Shown piece by piece: positions 58,080 to 64,000 of a stretch of 64,000 nucleotides of DNA. The notes beneath the pieces are model-generated. The model did not search any database, had not been told where the DNA came from, and was given only the letters and a program-made list of their open reading frames with translations. Made by a program: the position numbers and the translations under genes. Position 1 is the stretch's first letter. Every line of letters begins with the position of its first letter. Origin of the DNA: Yuukianura sp. NJ FZ-2021 (taxonomy: Eukaryota); assembly GCA_046563655.1 (NCBI GenBank), contig CM102285.1:6324001-6388000 (forward strand). Reading direction: 5' to 3'.

Positions 58080-58490
58080 GCAGCAGCATCTGCTACACCA
58101 GGCAAAGTGTAATAATGAGCAGGGTCTAAAGTCTGCTAAAAATCTCTCTCTAAATTGTGAAAACAGTCAGCAAGAAGTGTGACATTCAGAGACACATAAA
58201 TGTTATTGACATTAGCCTAACCTAACCTAACCCTAGCTAATGTCAATTAACTCTCCAAAAAAATAAAATAAATGTTATGATAATCTTTCAAAGTTTTACA
58301 ACCAAATGTTTTCCAAACACGCTGCGCATGTTCAAATTTTTCATCACCAATTCCCTTCCCTGTTAAGTCGCTCACACACACGCATTTGGGTGGTAAACTT
58401 GTTTCATCCCATTGTTCAAATTTGTCAAAACCTGTATAAGTGTACACTCAATTGCGAAACAACAAATTCATATTCTTATAATTCCTATCA
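58080..58490 (-). pseudogene. Third Polinton-type pPolB fragment
   Basis: ETSLPPK...DLTGKGIGDEKFEHAQRVWKTFGCKTLKDYHNIY, then VTLLADCF and LDPAHYYTLPG after a small insertion. Confidence 0.85.
58207..58267 (+). mobile_element. 5'-truncated retroposed tail (hairpin + A-rich end)
   Basis: 11-bp TSD ATAAATGTTAT (58196-58206, 58268-58278); stem TGACATTAGC/GCTAATGTCA around (CCTAA)3. Confidence 0.7.
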
Positions 58491-59939
58491 AGAGTGGTTT
58501 TCGTTATGAGGATGTAACGCTCTCCGACGCTAAACAACTGATGAAACACCTAACACCACCAGACTACTCTCCGAGATTATATTCTCACAGACCCAAATAA
58601 CTTCCAGAAAATCACCACTGCAAGACCATTGATGACAAATAAATATATGTGTATATTTATTGAATCGATGGTAACTGAAAATATACAACTGATGATGACT
58701 TGATCATACTACAATATCTCTCCACTCCGATCTCCACTAAACCCAAAAACACACTGAACTCTGTATACAAAACTCCTCTCTCTCTCTACCACACCGCATC
58801 TCAAATCTCCCGCGGCTCATCTCGCCGCATCCTAACCTAACTAATCGCCGGAGTAGCAGACGCCAACAAGGAACTTGTCAAAGTTGTCATTTGCCAAAAC
58901 TTTCACTTAATACGCTAAACTCGAGCGTATAAACTGGAAAGAATTCAACTTGAGTACATATCCTTCAAAAGTTGTTAATTGCATTGAAGTAAACTTTTCA
59001 GTCGAATCTGGGAACACTTCAAATTTTTTCAGTTTTGTACTTGTAAGTGCTTGCACAATGAATTTTGAGTCATAGTGACGAAAACCATGATATATGATTG
59101 GAATGAAATTAACTGTTTCATTTTCTAAACTTCTAAGTTACTCACACTAATTTAAAATGTCTTCTCATTCTGGTTGTTGCGTTCTCTTACTATAAGTTTA
59201 GAAATGCTCATGCCTCCTTTTACCATTCATTTTTGTCTTCTTAGGTTATAAATTCTAGTAACACACACTCACTCGAGGTTCATTCCACATCTTCCTTCAG
59301 TAACCGTCTTCTTTGTTTTCTTTCTTATTCTTACTAAACATTCAATAAATACCATAACGTAAAAACTCGATGTTCTGACTTTTCTCTGTGGCTTCACCAC
59401 TCACTTGCTCTACCACATTCATCTGAGTTCACGGAAGTAAACAAACAAGGGTAGGTGAAAATTTCCGTAGTATTCAAATGATCAATTGAAGTTACTTCAA
59501 AATTAGAAGAATACTTGCCATTAATTTTCGACAGATAAGAGTAAATTTGTTTGTATATTAATTGTTAAAGGCTGGCAAGGGTGTAGTTTCTAAAGTATAC
59601 TGAATTTGAAGAATCAATGTGTTGTATCGCAGCCCAATACACAGCACCCCTCCATCCCCTCATAGGATCGGGATAGGATACTGTACATGTATGCACCATT
59701 CAATCACTCCATCTCAATAAACATTACTATTGGCATCGTCTGTCTTGTCTCCCTTCTCCGTCCACGTCATTCAGCATCAACAGGTCAGAGGTCATTCCCC
59801 GGCTCACGTGGCGCACTGCTTTAAAGGAGACGACCTTACAATCCTCAACAACAAGTTAAAACAACGGTAAAGCGGACAAAAAAAATTAAAAAATGTGAAA
59901 TTGTGATCAAAGAGATCTTCCTGTGCGTTTCATTAAAGT

Positions 59940-61010
59940 GAGTTGAATTAATCCACTTGTGAGGAAAAGAGAATTAAAAAGAAAGGGTTAGCGTCTACTT
60001 TTAATGTGAAAACAGTACTACAGTGAGTGCCACGGAAACCCGCACACCCCAAATTTGTTATCCCTGGCAACAGCTAAAATTATGGAGGCGAAATCGTAGC
60101 TTTTGCGCTGACAAACTTGATTATGTTGCAAAATTATCAGTTCGGCTGTTTTCATGAAACCAGTTCCCCCCACAATTTAGCAAAATATACAAAAAGCTGC
60201 TTTTGAGGTGTGGTTTTCGTGGCACCCACTGTATTGCACTACTGACTTGCGCACTAGAGCAGGGATAGTATGTGATATATATAAAAGTCAACACTCTCTC
60301 TCAATCTTTCGTGTGTAAAGTCAACGCTCTAAACATAGACATATAGAGACTCTGTCTTCGTCTCAGCTTCCTACCAGAGAGTCCTACTTTTTCAATTATC
60401 AATTTTTAGTAACTTCCAATTGGTCGCATCAATTAGTGTAAAGTTTTAAGTTTAACTATTAATAAATCCGTTAGTCAACTAACAATCAGTGTCCAGAGTC
60501 TGGCATTCCATCCAACATTCTTTATGGCGCCGAAAGACGGTTACATAAGAGGTTGAGTGATAATCAATTCGACTGCCTGTTACACAAAGGATGACGGACC
60601 GATTTGGACATTGAAGTGTAAGTGAGTGTACCTGAGTGTACCCATAGTACCGTAACCACGGCGTTAGGAACGAGGTCACGAGTCCGGGCAGCAAGTATAT
60701 CCAACATGGCGTTAAGAGCGATGATACTGGGATATCTGAGGCTGCTGCAGGAGTTGGACCAGCAGGGACCAGCTTTAACGTAATTCCGACTACAGAAACA
60801 GAAACAATGAAGAAACTGAGAGGGTCACTAAAAGGATTTGGTCTTGACCTCCAGTATTTCCACATGAAAATAGAGGAACTTTCGACTTCCTCAACTGCAG
60901 TCACAGGGGCTGCCATTGCCAACGAACGAAAGAAAATTGAGCACTTTATGTCTAAGTTGGGTTTGATTAGGCATGAAATCTACATGAATTGCGAAGACGA
61001 TGACTCACTA
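59940..61010 (+). mobile_element. BEL/Pao partial 5' LTR (to 60517), PBS and gag start
   Basis: LTR homologous to 36880-37250; PBS TGGCGCCGAAAGACGG at 60525; LKGFGLDLQYF...EIYMNCEDD homologous to IRGFNIDLEYF...EVYMNCDDD at 38.8 kb. Confidence 0.85.
60021..60231. mobile_element. TA-flanked MITE inside the BEL LTR
   Basis: TIRs CAGTGAGTGCCACGGAAACC / GGTTTTCGTGGCACCCACTG; the homologous LTR at ~36950 has the empty site GTACTA-TTG. Confidence 0.88.
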
Positions 61011-61560
61011 CTTTCCTGGTATGCCACGTCCTAACAAAAACCAATTCCAAACGTCAAACTGGACTCAGAGGCCATTGACAGTCGAACAAATCGAATACGC
61101 TCGGGCTGATTCCCACATTGTATTTAAGATCTGGAACCAACTCAAGAAGTTTTGTGGAAGTCACGCTATGCACAATCTCAAATCAGACTACGAGATTGCA
61201 TCCCTGGAAAGACCACATCAGATCCTAGCCGCGTTTCATCTTCCAAAACTGGAGAGTTTTGAAGGGTTAAAAAGAAAAATCAATGGTTCCACTGAAGAGC
61301 GACAACACTTTTCCAAATTATTCCAGAAAAGAGACGAGATGGCGCAAAAGTTGATTTACTTCCAACTTTGATTCGTGAAACTACCAGACTGAGACTATCT
61401 GCCTCAACAAAAACAAAATTAAGTCCGAGAAAGACCTACTAAATTTGAAGCCAAGCGATTCCTACTTCTTCCAAAAACACTTCAGTCAAGAGGTTCTTCA
61501 AATTCTAGAAGTCGTCCCTAAGCCCAAAAAATTGATCAAAACCACTCCTCGCCGTGAGAC
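61011..61560 (+). pseudogene. DEDDy 3'-5' exonuclease (RNase D/RRP6-like) C-terminal part with possible HRDC-like helices
   Basis: QFQTSNWTQRPLTVEQIEYARADSHIVFKIWNQLK matches the ExoIII signature; downstream FSKLFQKRDEMAQKL resembles the HRDC start; intronless. Confidence 0.7.
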
Positions 61561-62529
61561 AGCTCTAATTTGGTTGAAATTGTCTCAGACAACAAAGAAG
61601 TCACACGAACTCCAGAACAAACAGTCAAACGCAGTTTCAAAGAACTTACCGCTCTAGAGGAGCTCGATTTATTGACAATTTCAGATAACGACGACAATAT
61701 TTCAACGTTTCTTGCACCAACTCCATCGACATCAACTTTACCTCAACCTCCCCCAGCTCCCAAAATTGCATTGAGCAAATCTACCGAAACTCTGACAGAT
61801 CTAGCAGAAGAGGAAGTTGAAGTTGAATGTTACATTGAACAGATTACGCATCGCTGAATCGAAACAAAACTGATCCTGTCTTCATCTCTAATCTCTAACT
61901 CATCTCTAAACGAGACAAGGCTTGTTTAAAACTCTGCTATTTCTCCTCACAACAAAAATATTCCGCCAGATTGTCTCCTTTGCTTTTGACCATGTCAGAA
62001 GTCAATGCCCAGACCGACAACGATATTTGAACAAAGACAAGTTCATGAAATCGATCGTTCTTATAATCGATCGATCTAAACAAAAAATTATGGAGGAATT
62101 TCCTTAGTATTTTCTTGCCAAATCCAGAAAAAGTGAACAACGGGAGGAAAATGAGAGGAAGCGACAACGTCAAAATTAAACACAAAACCGACACCTGTAG
62201 GTGCTCATGATCCTGTATTGACGATGACCACCATGTAATAACATTTCCCAAATACTAACATTTATGTAACTCAAATCAAAGTGCTCAAATGCAAATGGGT
62301 TTGTAGTTATAGATCCAATGTAGTTTTCTGATGGTAAAAGTCCAATTAGTATCGGATCGCATATGAAACCAGAAATGAGATTTTCGTTGACGTTGGTAAC
62401 TGTGCCATGGGATAGAGTATATGTTTTAATTTTGTTTCATTGGTAAGTTGCTGGCCTTCCACGCTCCCAAACTTGGAGAATTAAACTTAGTAATGAGAGA
62501 AGGAGTTCGTGGCCCTGTACAATGAGGCG

Positions 62530-62648
62530 AAGTAGTAACCATCGCGTGACTACTACTGAAAACCAACTTGACAGTTAGGTCAAAAATGTAAACATGAGCT
62601 AGTTGCACTTTCAGAGTGCATGAGAAAATGATGATATCATCTTCTCAT
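62530..62648 (-). mobile_element. Hairpin-terminated repeat end (HINE-like), copy 3
   Basis: TCAAAAATGTAAACATGA...TGCACTTTCAGAGTGCATGAGAA shared with the other copies; terminal stem at 62532-62556. Confidence 0.55.
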
Positions 62649-64000
62649 TAATTTTTTCCAGAGACGGCGAGACAGTTATGAAGTTTAATTTTTTTCACAA
62701 TGTAACTTTTCAAGCTCATCTCGTATCTTACGGCGTTGAGTTTTTGATGTCAATGATCACTTGGCATAAAAGATGCATCTTCGGTTGTGTACCATATGTA
62801 AGACTTTGTAATTACACTAAATTTTTACGAATTTCGTCTCTCACAGTAATCAATTTAATAGATTGATCTTGAGATCAACACAGATTTTGATTTCAAATTT
62901 ACTTCTGTTGAAGTAGCTGAAGAAAGAAACTTTACAAAGTCTTTCCACTAACTAACACAAAAAGTGCACCACTTTTCGTAAAGTTCATCGTCAAATATAA
63001 TTAACTTTGTCGGTTCTCCTACTGCACTTTCGATAAATTTAAAAAATTCTTTAGAGTCGGTAAGACTTATTTCACCAATCTTAGCCGCACCGTCTGGTGT
63101 GCTGATGGAGTAGGAGTTTATTTTGTTAGACTGATGAATGTAAGGAAATCCAAAGTTCCTTATAAGCCAATTTTAAATTGAGTTAGCTGCATGATCTTCA
63201 GCAGAGAATATCTCTAAGTCACCAACTCCACAAGTTTTTTAAAAGGTTAAATCAAAACCCCTTGAAAATGTCCTTTTGTCTTTTATGCGTTTGCCTTCAT
63301 GTCTCACTTTTTAATTGAGTTAAGTAGAATGTATTCAGTAAAGTTCACCAAAATCCCACAGGATTTAGATTATTATAGCTTTGAGACCAGTCTCCTAATT
63401 TCTGAGTGTTTAATTGTCTTTATCAGCGACTTCAGCAAAATCGTCTAAAATAAAATAATCCTTGTGAAAGCCATTGCGTCTAACAATGAAATTTTTGTCG
63501 ACTAGAGTGAAGACGTTAGACCTACACAAAACGACATTAAGTGTCAACGCTTTATTACTTAAGTCCAGTTGATCCATCTAAAACACATCTGATTTTGACA
63601 CTGTAGACATTCACTATACTTTGTCATTTCAAAATTCCGAAGTATCAATTTTGCCCTTGCTACCAATGGAACAAGGAATTATTTCAGCAATTCTTGCAAT
63701 TCTTGTTCAGTTACGAATTCAACTGAGAGAAACCACTAAAGAGCTTTATAACACCAAGGATGCACTTTACAAACTGAGAACTGTAGTCGTAGAAAAAGAG
63801 AACGAAATTACAGTTTTCAAGCACGAGTAAGCATTTCCATTGTCAGAGGCGTATGTATTGTCTTTATTTGTTCTTTTTTTTATATCCACTTTGTTAGAAT
63901 CCTGAAATTGGAAGATGAATTGAAAAACGAAAGGAATGCAAGCGAGATGTGGATTAAGGATGCAGGAGATGTGTTTGCAAAAGTAATACAGACTCCACGC

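Noticed and set aside
58216..58236. Telomere or telomere-targeted insertion site
   Set aside because: Only three CCTAA units, inside a TSD-flanked insert.
62880..64000. Decayed coding-like sequence and a coiled-coil exon at the window end
   Set aside because: No recognisable family; truncated by the window edge.

Overview
This is an AT-rich eukaryotic window, probably from an arthropod (short GT-AG introns, a few CCTAA repeats; the taxon cannot be fixed from sequence). It is almost entirely nested and decayed transposable elements. These include two Mag-like Ty3/gypsy elements, BEL/Pao fragments and a non-coding BEL-type LTR element, three Polinton-type pPolB remnants, a PIF/Harbinger remnant, MITEs, SINE/LINE pieces and a ~167-bp tandem repeat. 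The standout is a Ty1/copia lineage carrying a class I viral fusion (env/F-like) glycoprotein after RNase H. It is present as one full-length provirus (44654-51555) and a second, diverged family (~21363-25972), with a related solo LTR and gag fragment. A second candidate system is a gypsy-type element with 87-bp hairpin LTRs (15600-18705). It has lost gag/PR/RT but keeps an intact PPPY-containing membrane ORF and a structured 3'-UTR RNA that recurs, with compensatory changes, in a relative at 52275-54723. An intronless RNase D/RRP6-like exonuclease fragment abuts a BEL gag at ~61 kb. All protein calls are motif recognition by eye; no database searches were run.
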